64,000 bases of DNA from Candidatus Fermentibacterota bacterium. Its GTDB lineage: Bacteria > Fermentibacterota > Fermentibacteria > Fermentibacterales > JCC-6. Position 1 is the stretch's first letter; every line of letters begins with the position of its first letter. A model generated the notes under the pieces. It had not been told where the DNA came from, did no database searches, and saw only the letters and a program-made list of their open reading frames with translations. A program made the position numbers and the translations under genes. Of the stretch, positions 51,712-62,306 are shown one piece after another. The stretch spans positions 288,001 through 352,000 of the forward strand of contig CAWJQI010000005.1 in assembly GCA_963845085.1 (NCBI GenBank), written 5' to 3'.

Positions 51712-51724
51712 CTCACCCTCCCTG

Positions 51725-52963
51725 CTATTTCAACGTGTCCAGAAAATTCTTCATCCTTCGAAACATCCCTTTTCTGGGGCCGGAAGCCGCACTCTTCCCG
51801 TGCTTCCTTCCCCTTCCGCACCCCAGAACCGCAAGCCCTGCGGCCACGGAAAACTCCGGGGTCCTCAATACTTCGGTGGGCACTTCGTTCGCCCTTGGAA
51901 ATCCGGTTTCAACGGGAAGCCCGATGACTGCGCCCGCAGTCTCGATGAGCCCCCTGGTGCGGGATCCGCCACCCGTAAAGATCAGCCCCGCGGGAAGGTC
52001 GCCCGCCTCGAGACCGCAGCGCCTTATCTCCTGCGCTATGCTCTCGCAGATGGCTTCCGTTCTTTGAGTTACGACCTGTGTGACAAGCGGGTGCGATATC
52101 TGAAGCACTCCCCTGTCACCGACACGGGGTACGTTCATGACGAGGTTCGGGCTGCTCATACGGTCGTTGGCCGCAGCTTTCTCGACCTTCAACCGCTCCG
52201 CCTGGACCCATGAAAGCCTGAGCCGCTGCAAATCCCTCGTGATGTGGTCGGACGCCATCGAGAATGCCGCAAGGTGCATGGGACCGCCGCCCCTGTAGAC
52301 CACCATGTTGGTCAGGCTGCTGCCCATGTCCACCAGCACCACCCCGAGTTCCGTCTCATCCGCACTCAGCACGGCTGCTCCGGATGCGAGGGCCGAAGGG
52401 ATCAGCGACTCGACCTTTCTGCCGGTGTGCTCCACAAGTGCAACAAGGTTCTCGACCGGCACCTTGTCGGAATAGACAGTGAAGACCCGCGCTGTGACCG
52501 ACGACGCCTGGAGGCCGACCGGAGCCTTGGCAAGCCCCGTGAAGCGGTCAAAGGCGAAGTCACGTGTTATCCTGTCCAAAGCAATGCACCCCGGCGGAAG
52601 GTCGATGTCGCCTGCGGCGTCGAGGGCCGCAGAAACATCCTTCTCCGTAATCACACCGGGATCGTCGAGCGTACCGGTCCCAATGGTGCCCGTTCCCATG
52701 AGGCCCCTGACATGGGCGCCCCCTATTCCGAGGCTGACCTTCTCGATTCGAAAGCCGCAAAGCTCCTCGGCCTCTTCCATGGCCCGAAGCGCAGCAGCAG
52801 CGGCGCCCTCCATGTCAACCAGTATTCCGTCCCTCACGCTGTTGCGGCACTCCGAGGCACCCAGCCCGGCGAAGATCGGCTCGCCGTTCTCGCCGGTCAC
52901 CGCAACAACGCATTTGACCGAGGAGGCACCAATGTCCAGCCCGGCATGATATTCGGCGCTCAT
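51725..52963 (-). CDS. ftsA: Cell division protein FtsA
   Basis: GLDIGASSVK, LVDMGS, FTGGGS; lies before ftsZ. Confidence 0.93.
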   Translation of the reverse strand: MSAEYHAGLDIGASSVKCVVAVTGENGEPIFAGLGASECRNSVRDGILVDMEGAAAAALRAMEEAEELCGFRIEKVSLGIGGAHVRGLMGTGTIGTGTLDDPGVITEKDVSAALDAAGDIDLPPGCIALDRITRDFAFDRFTGLAKAPVGLQASSVTARVFTVYSDKVPVENLVALVEHTGRKVESLIPSALASGAAVLSADETELGVVLVDMGSSLTNMVVYRGGGPMHLAAFSMASDHITRDLQRLRLSWVQAERLKVEKAAANDRMSSPNLVMNVPRVGDRGVLQISHPLVTQVVTQRTEAICESIAQEIRRCGLEAGDLPAGLIFTGGGSRTRGLIETAGAVIGLPVETGFPRANEVPTEVLRTPEFSVAAGLAVLGCGRGRKHGKSAASGPRKGMFRRMKNFLDTLK

Positions 52964-53622
52964 GAACTCCTCCTGAAAACCGCCTGGCCCCGGAACCTGA
53001 GGTCAACCGTTGCGGCACCCGCCGCAAGAGGTCTGACCTGCCCCCAGGAAAGCCATCTTTCCTCGAGCCGTTCAGAGCCGAGCAGAATGCGCATTTCGTT
53101 TTCCATGACATTTACACCAGTCGAATCGAGCAGAACGAGGGTTCTGTCCCTCTGACTCCCGAGCCACTGCGTGAAGGCGACGGCCTCGACGAGTTCTGCT
53201 GAGTCAGGTTCACAGGTGTAGCGGATGACCGGCAGCTCTCCCGACAGCCATGCCTGGGGAAGCCTGCTGCACTCCATGTTCACGGGGACCGGACCCGCGG
53301 GGGTTTCCAGCACGACGGCCGCATCTTCCAGCGTGATATCGAGGTGAGCGGACGAAGGCCAGATCAGCGTGATGTTGACGGCCCTCACGCCCGGCACGCC
53401 GCAGAGCAGCTGTGCCAGGGAATCTGCATCGATGCGGTGAAGCGGCATTCCGAACGCCCTCTGAACAACTTCGGCCACCGCTGTGGTGTCACCGCACCCG
53501 AGGCCTGTCACATAGATTTTTTCAAGGTTGAACCTGCCGTCCCGCTCCGCCCATCTGAAAATGAGAACTGCGGCAAGAAGCACAACGGCCACCATCGTCA
53601 CCCAGAGCGCTCTTGTTCTCAT
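52960..53622 (-). CDS. ftsQ: FtsQ/DivIB
   Basis: TM + POTRA domain (IWPS), VDLRF end; dcw position. Confidence 0.8.
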   Translation of the reverse strand: MRTRALWVTMVAVVLLAAVLIFRWAERDGRFNLEKIYVTGLGCGDTTAVAEVVQRAFGMPLHRIDADSLAQLLCGVPGVRAVNITLIWPSSAHLDITLEDAAVVLETPAGPVPVNMECSRLPQAWLSGELPVIRYTCEPDSAELVEAVAFTQWLGSQRDRTLVLLDSTGVNVMENEMRILLGSERLEERWLSWGQVRPLAAGAATVDLRFRGQAVFRRSS

Positions 53623-54929
53623 GACAGCCCCCTCAGCGCCGCCCGGACCCAGCCATCGACGCTGCCGGCCCCCATGAACAGAAGTGCGGCTGCGTCGGTG
53701 GCTTCAATGATCCCGGCGATGTTATCCTGCCCGGCGGACCTGTACCGTCCGCCGGATGCCCCGATGATCAGCTCCGAGCTCACACCCGGAATGGGCTGTT
53801 CGCGCGACGGATAGACAGGCAGTATCCAGACGTTGCGCGCACGGGAGAGAGCGCCGGCCATCTCCTTGAACAGCATGGCGGTGCGGCTGTACAGATGCGG
53901 CTGGAAAACGGCGTCGACCGGGCCCTTCACGGCCCCGAGCACAGCCCCGAGCGCTGCTTCCATCTCATTCGGATGGTGAGCGTAATCACTTATCAGAAGA
54001 GTGTTTCTTGTGTTACCCAAGCGTTCCAGACGCCTGCTCACGCCAGGCCAGGATTCAAGAGCTGCGAGCGCCTCGCGGGGGGGTGCTCCCGCAGCTTCGG
54101 CGAGGGCGACTGCGGTTGCTGCGTTCCTGAGATTGTGAACCCCCGGCACCGGCAGGTGACCCGCAGCGCCTCTGAACGAGTACTCCATGCCCCAGCCGGA
54201 CTGTTTTCCAGGCTCAAGGTGGTAATCCCCGGACGGCCCGCAGGTGACGACCCGGCGCCCTATCCTCGCGGCCTGTTTCCCCAGGGAGGGTTTTTCGACG
54301 GGAACAGCAACGGTGCCTCCCGGCAGCGTGAGTTCCAGGAACATCTCGAATGCCCATTCGAGGGCCTGAGCCGAACCGTAGCACTCCAGGTGCTCAAGAT
54401 CGAAGGTAGTCACCGCGGCGTGGGAGGCGCTCAACCTGAGGAACGCGCGGTCGTACTCGTCCGCCTCGACAACTGCAAGACGGCCTCCCGGCCTGAAGTT
54501 GCCGCCCCAGGCCGTCATCCCGCCCCCGAGGAATACCGTCGGGTTCATGCCGGTCTCCTGCAGGATCCAGCCTGTCATGGAGGTTGTACTTGTTTTTCCG
54601 TGGGCGCCTGCAACTGCAAGTGTCGTGCACTCCCTGGTCAGGGCGGCAAGCGCCTCGCTTCGCCGCAGCACAGGAATACCCCTGCGCCTCGCCTCGGCAA
54701 GTTCCGGGGTGTCCTCCGGCATCGCGGCGGTGAAGACAACGGCATCCTGCCCCTCAAGGTGCGAGGGGGAGTGCCCGTGGAACACGGTCATGCCTTTGAG
54801 CCCCGCCTCGTCGGCCGAATCCCTGTCGCAGCCGGAGACCTCCCATCCGAGGGAGGAATACCAGCCTGCAAGAGCGCTCATGCCAGCCCCGCGGATTCCG
54901 ACAAGGTGGATCCTTTTTTTCACCGGCAC
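53619..54929 (-). CDS. murC: UDP-N-acetylmuramate-L-alanine ligase
   Basis: GIRGAGMSALA, GAHGKTSTT, EADEYD, DYAHHP, FQPHLYSRT. Confidence 0.95.
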   Translation of the reverse strand: MPVKKRIHLVGIRGAGMSALAGWYSSLGWEVSGCDRDSADEAGLKGMTVFHGHSPSHLEGQDAVVFTAAMPEDTPELAEARRRGIPVLRRSEALAALTRECTTLAVAGAHGKTSTTSMTGWILQETGMNPTVFLGGGMTAWGGNFRPGGRLAVVEADEYDRAFLRLSASHAAVTTFDLEHLECYGSAQALEWAFEMFLELTLPGGTVAVPVEKPSLGKQAARIGRRVVTCGPSGDYHLEPGKQSGWGMEYSFRGAAGHLPVPGVHNLRNAATAVALAEAAGAPPREALAALESWPGVSRRLERLGNTRNTLLISDYAHHPNEMEAALGAVLGAVKGPVDAVFQPHLYSRTAMLFKEMAGALSRARNVWILPVYPSREQPIPGVSSELIIGASGGRYRSAGQDNIAGIIEATDAAALLFMGAGSVDGWVRAALRGLS

Positions 54930-55966
54930 AACCTTCCGAGCTGTTGGGAAACCTTCTCCGCGGAATCGGTCGGAAGAAGGCCCTTCATTGCGGCCGACAT
55001 CGAAGAAAGCCTTTGCCTGTCATCAAGAAGCGCGGTAATCTCGTTCCAGAAGCCCGCGCTTTCGATTGAATCCTGCCTTTTCATGAGGGCTCCGCCTGCA
55101 TTTGCGGCAACCATTGCATTTGCTGCCTGGTGGTCATCGGCGGCGTGCGGATACGGAACGAAGAGAGCCGGAACGCCGAACGAGCAAAGTTCGGCGAGCG
55201 ACTGCGCTCCAGCCCGGGCAACTGCAAGGTCCGCTGCGGAGTACCAGTCGGCAAGGTCGTCGACAAAGCCCCTGACGATGAAGCCCGTCCGGGTACCGAG
55301 CCTGTCCGCCACCCTTTTCTCGTCGGCTTCGCCGCACTGCAGCAGAATCCGGATGCCCCCGGGGCACGCCAGCGCAAGGTCGTTAAGGGTCCGCGCCCCC
55401 TGGCTCCCGCCTATGAAAAGCACCACTCTTTCGTCTTCGGAAATGCCCATCCGGCCCCTTGCTCCGGGCGTGCTCAGCCTTTCCTGAAGCGGGATGCCCA
55501 CGGCGCTTACCGGGCAGTGGAAATAACCTTCCTGCCCGGAAAAGGCGGTGAAGGCCAGTTTGCTGAACCTCGAGGCGAGGCGGTTGCTGCGGCCCGGAAC
55601 GGCGTTCGTGTCGAGCACGGCCGACGGTATTCCCGAGAGCCGTGCCGCTACAACGCTGTAGAACGAAGAGTAGCCTCCCGTGCCGAGAACCGCATCGACG
55701 CCAAGCCTTCGAAGAAGGTTTCGCGCCCGCATGAGCGCAAACAATCCGGTCACCGGAAGAAGTATCCTGGACCACTTGTCGGCCCTCGGGCTGCGAAGGA
55801 CGTGGACCCTTGTACCCTCCGATCGGTACATCGCCCGGTCGACTGGCCTCTCGGTGCAGGCGTAGGAGACCCTGGCCCAGCCTTCCCGCTCGATCAGCCT
55901 TCCAACGGCGAGAGCCGGAGCAATGTGCCCCCCTGTTCCCCCTCCCGCCAGCAGGATGTGTTTCAT
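54920..55966 (-). CDS. murG: MurG glycosyltransferase
   Basis: GGGTGGHIAP, GGSQGA, RAGA, HQAANA. Confidence 0.96.
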   Translation of the reverse strand: MKHILLAGGGTGGHIAPALAVGRLIEREGWARVSYACTERPVDRAMYRSEGTRVHVLRSPRADKWSRILLPVTGLFALMRARNLLRRLGVDAVLGTGGYSSFYSVVAARLSGIPSAVLDTNAVPGRSNRLASRFSKLAFTAFSGQEGYFHCPVSAVGIPLQERLSTPGARGRMGISEDERVVLFIGGSQGARTLNDLALACPGGIRILLQCGEADEKRVADRLGTRTGFIVRGFVDDLADWYSAADLAVARAGAQSLAELCSFGVPALFVPYPHAADDHQAANAMVAANAGGALMKRQDSIESAGFWNEITALLDDRQRLSSMSAAMKGLLPTDSAEKVSQQLGRLCR

Positions 55967-57069
55967 GTTTCAGCCCTCCCAGCCGTGCCCGCGAGAAATC
56001 CGAGCGCGCCGAGGGTCATTACGATGCTGGTGCCCCCCCAGCTCACCAGCGGGAGGGGAATGCCGGTCGGAGGGAGCAGCTTTGTAACCACCCCGGCATG
56101 AATCAGTATCCCCATCGCAATTATCGAGATGAAACCGCCGGAAGCCATCGAGCAGAACGGCGTGTCCGCACCGGCGGCTATCCGGAAGCCGGCGGTGCAG
56201 ATGGTCAACAACCCGCCGAGAACAAGAAGGACCCCAACGAACCCGGCCTCCTCGCCTATCACCGCGAGGATGTAGTCGCTGAAAGCCTCGGGCAGAAAGC
56301 CGCGCTGCTGCCTTCCCCTGCCGAGTCCCCGGCCGAGAAGTCCCCCGCTCCCGAGGGCGATGCACGCCTGATGGGGCTGGTAACTCCCTCCCGAGAGCTC
56401 CGTTTCGTTCATCCCCGAGGTGATTCTGCTCATTCTGTAGGGGGACGAGACGACTGCAGCCGTGGCAAGCAGAAGAGCGATAAGGCCGAGTATCGCCATG
56501 TGGGCGAACCTGGCTCCGGAAAGCAGGAGCATTACCATCATCACGGCGCCCATGAATGCGGCGCCCGAAAAATCGGGCTGAAGGAGCATGATCACCATCG
56601 GCGCCACGGCGGTGCCCAGAAGGGCGAGCATGTGTACGGGCCGCCTTACGTCCCACCTTCCTCTTGAAACCATGAACGAGGAAAGAATCACGAATGCGTA
56701 GCGCATCAGTTCTGAAGGAAGAAGCCGGATCGGGCCGAGAAAGAGCCAGCGGCTGCTCCCGTTTATGACAGGGGCAATCTGGCTTCCGGAGGCGATCACC
56801 GTGAGGAGGAGCAGCGCCAATGCAACGAAATAGAGCGGAACGGCAAAGTACTGGATCACTGAAGGCCTGATCCTCCAGGCGGCAAAACCCAGAAGAAGGC
56901 CCACGAGTACCCTTCCAAGGTGCCCCTTGAGGTAATGGAGGCTGTCGCCCGTCGGGCTGACCCTCATCGCGGAGAACGCGCTGGCCGTCCAGACCGCAAG
57001 CACGCCCAGAACGATCATCACCGCAGTCGCGGAAAGAAGGATCCTTCGGTCCCTCGAAAGTGCGTTCAC
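55963..57069 (-). CDS. ftsW: FtsW SEDS protein
   Basis: INGSSRW, LQPDF, GSGGLLGRG, IGEEAG, PLVSWGG. Confidence 0.93.
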   Translation of the reverse strand: MNALSRDRRILLSATAVMIVLGVLAVWTASAFSAMRVSPTGDSLHYLKGHLGRVLVGLLLGFAAWRIRPSVIQYFAVPLYFVALALLLLTVIASGSQIAPVINGSSRWLFLGPIRLLPSELMRYAFVILSSFMVSRGRWDVRRPVHMLALLGTAVAPMVIMLLQPDFSGAAFMGAVMMVMLLLSGARFAHMAILGLIALLLATAAVVSSPYRMSRITSGMNETELSGGSYQPHQACIALGSGGLLGRGLGRGRQQRGFLPEAFSDYILAVIGEEAGFVGVLLVLGGLLTICTAGFRIAAGADTPFCSMASGGFISIIAMGILIHAGVVTKLLPPTGIPLPLVSWGGTSIVMTLGALGFLAGTAGRAET

Positions 57070-58409
57070 CGCATTTCCTCCACGAGTCTTCTGAAATGGT
57101 CGCCGCGTTCCTCGAAATTGTTGTACTGGTCGAAGCTTGCGCAGCCCGGAGACAAGAGGACGGTCTCCCCCGATACCGCGGCGTTCCTCGCCGCCCTGAC
57201 CGCGCCCGGCAGGTCAGGAACCAGAACCGGGGCCGGGATGCCCCGCCAGGACTCTGCAAGAAGCCCGGCAGCCTCGCCGAACAGAATGACAACCCGTGTC
57301 TTCTCCCTGACCAGCTGCGCAAGAAGCGAGTAATCGGTTTCTTTGGCCCTTCCTCCGGCAAGGAGCACAACGGGCTTTCCCGCTGCTTCGAGGGCAACCC
57401 TCAGCGAATCAGGGTTTGTCGACTTCGAGTCGTTGACCCAGGTTACGCTGTCGATCTCTGCGACGGTCTCGATACGGTGGGGAACACCGGTAAACTCGAC
57501 CAGCCCGGGGATCATTTCTCCGGGGGTAAGCCCGGCCCCGTAGGCGAGACACACAACTGCAAGCGCGTTGTAAAGGTTGTGCCTGCCGGGAAGGTTCAAA
57601 AGCCTGGAATCAAGCACGGGCTGCGTCTCCCCGTCCATCCGCACGACGATCATTCCGTTTTCATCAACCCACGCACCGCGGTTCTGCGGCCTGTCCAGGC
57701 TGAAGACCATCTCCGTCCCCCGGCTTCTTCCGAACAGGTCGGCCAGGTTCATGTCGTCGCCGTTGAGGACCGTGATGTCCTCCGAGTGCTGATTCAGGAA
57801 TATCCTTGCCTTTGCCGAGGCGTATCCGTCCATCGATCCGTGCCTGGCCAGATGGTCGGGGGTGATGTTCAGTATCGCGGCGCCTCTCGGACGGAACCGT
57901 TCGACGGTTTCGAGCTGGTAGCTCGATACTTCCACAACGAAGGTGTCCGAGGAGGGGTTCTCAAGAACGGCGCGGCTGAACGCATATCCCGTATTGCCGC
58001 ATACCACGGCCTTGTAGCCCGCACGGTTGAGCATGAACCCGAGCCATTCCGTTGTTGTCGTCTTTCCGTTCGAGCCGGTCACGGCGTAAATGCCCGCCGA
58101 GGTGTTTGCAGCGGCCAGTTCAATCTCGCCGATGATCGGGATGCCCATCTTCCTTGCCTCGTCCGGGAACACCGACCTCGGGTTGACGCCGGGGCTGAGA
58201 ACAAGGCCGTCCAACTTCTCTATCTCTTCGGGAACGAACGGGCATGTGAGCATTTCGTCCACGGAATCGGGCTGCTTCACGGACGGGGAGCAATCGAATC
58301 CCATCACCCGGAAGCCGCGGGATTTAAGAAGTGCCGCCGCGGCAACGCCGCTGATCCCAAGGCCGATGACACCGATCCTTCTTCCGCCGCCCTCGTTCCA
58401 GTACGCCAT
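57066..58409 (-). CDS. murD: UDP-MurNAc-L-Ala-D-Glu ligase
   Basis: TGSNGKTTT, EVSSYQL, DHLARH, NDSKSTN, LSPGCASFD. Confidence 0.96.
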   Translation of the reverse strand: MAYWNEGGGRRIGVIGLGISGVAAAALLKSRGFRVMGFDCSPSVKQPDSVDEMLTCPFVPEEIEKLDGLVLSPGVNPRSVFPDEARKMGIPIIGEIELAAANTSAGIYAVTGSNGKTTTTEWLGFMLNRAGYKAVVCGNTGYAFSRAVLENPSSDTFVVEVSSYQLETVERFRPRGAAILNITPDHLARHGSMDGYASAKARIFLNQHSEDITVLNGDDMNLADLFGRSRGTEMVFSLDRPQNRGAWVDENGMIVVRMDGETQPVLDSRLLNLPGRHNLYNALAVVCLAYGAGLTPGEMIPGLVEFTGVPHRIETVAEIDSVTWVNDSKSTNPDSLRVALEAAGKPVVLLAGGRAKETDYSLLAQLVREKTRVVILFGEAAGLLAESWRGIPAPVLVPDLPGAVRAARNAAVSGETVLLSPGCASFDQYNNFEERGDHFRRLVEEMR

Positions 58410-58426
58410 CCCGCTCACCCCCGCTT

Positions 58427-59584
58427 CTACCTGATCTTGAAGGTGCTGAGCCCGAGCAGCCCGAGAATCGCCGCTATGATCCAGAAACGGACCACGACCT
58501 TGCTCTCCGCCCACCCCAAAAGCTCGAAATGGTGATGAATCGGCGCCATTCGGAAGAACCTTTTACCGGTCCTCTTGAAATGGAACACCTGGATCATCAC
58601 ACTGAGGGTCTCAGCAACGAACACACCCCCCACGAGAAAGAGAAGCAGTTCGTTCCTCGTCACCACGGCCATCGACCCGATGGCGCCCCCGAGTGCGAGG
58701 GAACCCGTGTCGCCCATGAACACCTGTGCTGGGGGGGCGTTGTACCAGAGAAAGACGAGGCAGGCGCCCGCCAGCGCTCCACTGAAAACCATAAGCTCGC
58801 CCACACCGGGAAGGTGGGAGAACTGGAGGTATCGGGCGAAGTTCGCGTGGCCCAGAAAGTATGCCAGTGCGCCGAATGTCAGAACCGAGATGAGGCTGAC
58901 CCCTGTCGCCAGGCCGTCAAGCCCGTCCGTCAGGTTCACCGCGTTGGTTGTGCCGGCGAGGACTATCGTAACGAGGAGGAGGTAGAGTATCCCGAAATCA
59001 ACGCGGACGCCCTTGAAGAATGGAACAGTCGTCTCGGTCGAGTAGATGGTTATCTCCTCACTGTCGAGGTCAACCGTTCTGACTGCCGGCGTGATCGACG
59101 GAACATGCGGCGCGTTCTGTGGCTGCGGGGGCGTGAAGAAAAGCCAGATGCCCACTCCAAGCCCGAGAGTGCACTGCCCGAGCAGTTTGTACCTGCCGAC
59201 AAGCCCCTTGGATGATTTTCGGACAACCTTGAGATAGTCGTCAAAGAGGCCGATGAACCCCATCCACAGTGTGCTCGTGATCACCACAAGAAGCGATGTG
59301 CTGTCGAGTCTTCCCCAGAGAAGCACCGGGATGAGCACCGATACGAGAATGATGATGCCTCCCATCGTGGGAGTACCCTTTTTGCTGATATGGCTTTTCG
59401 GGCCGTCGTCACGGACCTCCTGGCCTATCTGCTTCTTCGTGAGCAGCCTGATGATCCCGGGTGCGATCAGAAAACCGGTAATGAGCGCTGTAAGTGTTGC
59501 CCCCGCTGCGCGTACCGTAATGTAGCCGAACAGGTTGAAAAAGCCTGTCCCGTCCCTGAGAGGGTAGAGCAGCCAGTACAGCAT
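58427..59584 (-). CDS. mraY: Phospho-MurNAc-pentapeptide transferase
   Basis: KKGTPTMGG, NAVNLTDGLDGL, FMGDTGS, MAPIHHHFE. Confidence 0.97.
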   Translation of the reverse strand: MLYWLLYPLRDGTGFFNLFGYITVRAAGATLTALITGFLIAPGIIRLLTKKQIGQEVRDDGPKSHISKKGTPTMGGIIILVSVLIPVLLWGRLDSTSLLVVITSTLWMGFIGLFDDYLKVVRKSSKGLVGRYKLLGQCTLGLGVGIWLFFTPPQPQNAPHVPSITPAVRTVDLDSEEITIYSTETTVPFFKGVRVDFGILYLLLVTIVLAGTTNAVNLTDGLDGLATGVSLISVLTFGALAYFLGHANFARYLQFSHLPGVGELMVFSGALAGACLVFLWYNAPPAQVFMGDTGSLALGGAIGSMAVVTRNELLLFLVGGVFVAETLSVMIQVFHFKRTGKRFFRMAPIHHHFELLGWAESKVVVRFWIIAAILGLLGLSTFKIR

Positions 59585-60870
59585 CAGTCTCCCTCCTCCA
59601 CAAGCCCGTCTACAACGGCCTCGAGCCCGAGTGAGTGGCTTCCCTTCACGAGGATCCTGTCCCCGCTTTTCATGCTTTCCCTTACCAGTTCAAGCGCCGC
59701 GCGCGCATCGGGTACCCAGGTGAGCCCTTCCCCCCCCGAAAACACCTGCTCGAACTCGGCACCCACCAGCACGACAAGCCGAAGCCCCATCCCGGCAACC
59801 TTTCCAAGGATCGTCCGATGGGCTTCCTCCGAATGGTCGCCAAGCTCCAGCATATCACCCAGAACCGCAATCCCGTGCTTCCCGGAATCCCCGAGGAGCT
59901 CGAGACACGCAAGCATGGAATCGGGGTTGGCGTTATAGCTCTCGTCGAGAATGGTGGCTCCCCCCGAGGACAGAACCCTGCCGCGGCCCGGCATCCCCGT
60001 GTAGCCTTCCATCGCCGCGACTGCGATGCCGGGATCGACGCCGAGAATTGAGGCTGCGGCAACCGCTGTAAGGGCGTTTTCAAGGTTATGGGCTCCCTGG
60101 ACGCCGAGCCTGGGCCGGATGCCCCATGGCATGAGGAGCCCGTCCTCGACCCAGACATCCCCGCCGGGTCCGGTGGTGAGCACGTTCAGCCTTCTTTCAA
60201 GGGCGGCATCGATCAGCACCCGCTCGCCCGCGGGGACAACGGCCGTCCCGCCCTCCCTTGTGGTCGTGAGAAGCTCGGCCTTCGCGCATGCGATCCCCTC
60301 GCGCGAACCGAAGTACTCAATGTGAGCCGATCCGATGTTCGTTATGACCGTGATGTCGGGGGCGGCAACGGTTCCCAGTTCAAGGAGTTCGCCGGCATGG
60401 TTCATGCCCAGCTCCAGGACGAGGGCTGAGGCGGCAGGCGACGAATTGAGAAGAGTCAGCGGCAGCCCCAGCCTGTTGTTCAGGTTGCCCCGCGTTCCCT
60501 CGGCCCTCATCGAGGACCCGAGCGCCAGCAGGAGCAGTTCACGCGTGGTTGTCTTGCCGCTGCTTCCGGTGACTGCGATGACGGGGCACGAAAAGCGGGC
60601 CCTCGCCCACCGTCCCGCTTCGAGCAGGGCGCAGCCGGTGTCGTGCACCACTATCACCGGCCCCGAAAACCCCTTTCGTGAAACAACGGCGGCCGATCCC
60701 CGCGCAATTGCCTCCTCAACAAAGCTGTGACCATGGGTCCTGCTTCCCGGCAGGGCGAAGAACAGGCTTCCGGGTCCGCTGCTTCTGGAATCGATGAAGG
60801 CCCTGTCGAAGCTGTAGTCGGTGTCACAGGGAACGCCAAGGTAGCCGGCAAGGGAGTCAAGCCGCATCAT
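59584..60870 (-). CDS. murF: UDP-MurNAc-tripeptide-D-Ala-D-Ala ligase
   Basis: TGSSGKTTT, ELGMNHAGE, DESYNANP, GDMLELG. Confidence 0.95.
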   Translation of the reverse strand: MMRLDSLAGYLGVPCDTDYSFDRAFIDSRSSGPGSLFFALPGSRTHGHSFVEEAIARGSAAVVSRKGFSGPVIVVHDTGCALLEAGRWARARFSCPVIAVTGSSGKTTTRELLLLALGSSMRAEGTRGNLNNRLGLPLTLLNSSPAASALVLELGMNHAGELLELGTVAAPDITVITNIGSAHIEYFGSREGIACAKAELLTTTREGGTAVVPAGERVLIDAALERRLNVLTTGPGGDVWVEDGLLMPWGIRPRLGVQGAHNLENALTAVAAASILGVDPGIAVAAMEGYTGMPGRGRVLSSGGATILDESYNANPDSMLACLELLGDSGKHGIAVLGDMLELGDHSEEAHRTILGKVAGMGLRLVVLVGAEFEQVFSGGEGLTWVPDARAALELVRESMKSGDRILVKGSHSLGLEAVVDGLVEEGD

Positions 60871-62306
60871 GAGAGCTCCCTGAGAACGGCGGATGCCTCT
60901 TCCCTGTCATCGAAGTGCACCTTCACTGTGCCCAGGATCTGGTAGTCTTCGTGGCCCTTTCCGGCAATGATCACCACATCGCCCGGACGGGCGGTTGTGA
61001 GGGCGGTTCTAATTGCACTGCGCCGGTCCGGCTCCACAGTCACGCCGTTCATGTCGTCAATTCCTGAGAGAATTCCCTTTATGATCGCACCGGGTTCCTC
61101 GGTTCTCGGATTGTCGCTTGTGATGATGGATACATGTGCAAGCCTTCGGGATATGGCGCCCATCAGCGGCCTTTTCCCGGGGTCTCTGTCTCCTCCGCAG
61201 CCGAATACGGAGATAAGCCTTCCCCTGGCCAGCTCCCTCCCCTGGGTGAGCACCCTTTCAAGGGCGTCGGGCGTGTGCGCATAATCGACGGCCACAAGGA
61301 ACCCGACCGCACCGGGCACCCTCTCCATCCTTCCCGGAACTCCGGGAAAGGCTGCAAGCGCCCCGACCGCAGTATCGATCGGGATGCCGAGCTGGGCCGC
61401 GGACGCGATGGCCCCCGCCGAGTTCACGATGCTGAAGGTGCCGGGAGCGCGAAGCAGAACTTCCTTCACCGCACCCCCCGGGACCCTCAGGGAGTAGCTT
61501 GAGCCTTCGATGCCCGTGACGGCACCGCTTATCATGAAATCGTCGCCGGGAAGAACACCGAATGTCACCGCGCCCGGCACTGCCGGCCACTCCGGTGAGA
61601 CGCTTCCCATGACAGCCCTTCCCCCGGGCTTGAGCAGGCCGAGCAGCCTGAGCTTCGCCTGCAGGTATTCCTCCATCGTGCCGTGGAAATCGAGATGGTC
61701 CTGGCTGATGTTGGTGAAGACCGCGACATTGAACCTCACCGAATCGACCCTTGCAAGGGACAGCGCATGACTCGACACTTCCATCACGCATGCTCCGTCG
61801 CCCCCGTCCGCCATGGCACGCATAAGCCTTGTTGTCTCAAGCGAGTCGGGGGTGGTCACATCAGCCGGAAGATGCCGGCCCGCAACTACATGGCCGACTG
61901 TTCCCATGATGCCCGTGGGAACGCCCGCTTCGGAAAGTATCCAGGCCAGCATGTGCGCGGTGCTTGTCTTGCCGTTGGTTCCCGTTATGCCTACGCACCT
62001 TATCCCGCTCCAGGGTTCACGGTAGAACCTCGCCGCAAGCCGGGCAAGGATCGCGCGATTGTCGCCCGTCGGATTCAGGAAAACCTCACTCCTTGGCGAA
62101 GTCGGGGCCGTCTCGGAGAGCACGGCTGCGGCGCCTGCGGCAAGAGCCTCTTCAATGTGAAGATGACCGTCGGTCCTGAAACCGCTGATCGCCACAAAGA
62201 GGGCGCCGGAAGTCACATTCCGCGAGTCGCACGTAATGCCTTCGATCTCGGGATCGTACCCGGCAACTTCGATTCCGAACCCCAGGAGGAGCGATGAAAG
62301 CCTCAC
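60867..62306 (-). CDS. murE: UDP-MurNAc-tripeptide synthetase (mDAP-type DNPR motif)
   Basis: TGTNGKTS, MEVSSH, DYAHTPD, SDNPR, AGKGHE; GTG start overlaps the PBP stop. Confidence 0.95.
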   Translation of the reverse strand: MRLSSLLLGFGIEVAGYDPEIEGITCDSRNVTSGALFVAISGFRTDGHLHIEEALAAGAAAVLSETAPTSPRSEVFLNPTGDNRAILARLAARFYREPWSGIRCVGITGTNGKTSTAHMLAWILSEAGVPTGIMGTVGHVVAGRHLPADVTTPDSLETTRLMRAMADGGDGACVMEVSSHALSLARVDSVRFNVAVFTNISQDHLDFHGTMEEYLQAKLRLLGLLKPGGRAVMGSVSPEWPAVPGAVTFGVLPGDDFMISGAVTGIEGSSYSLRVPGGAVKEVLLRAPGTFSIVNSAGAIASAAQLGIPIDTAVGALAAFPGVPGRMERVPGAVGFLVAVDYAHTPDALERVLTQGRELARGRLISVFGCGGDRDPGKRPLMGAISRRLAHVSIITSDNPRTEEPGAIIKGILSGIDDMNGVTVEPDRRSAIRTALTTARPGDVVIIAGKGHEDYQILGTVKVHFDDREEASAVLRELS

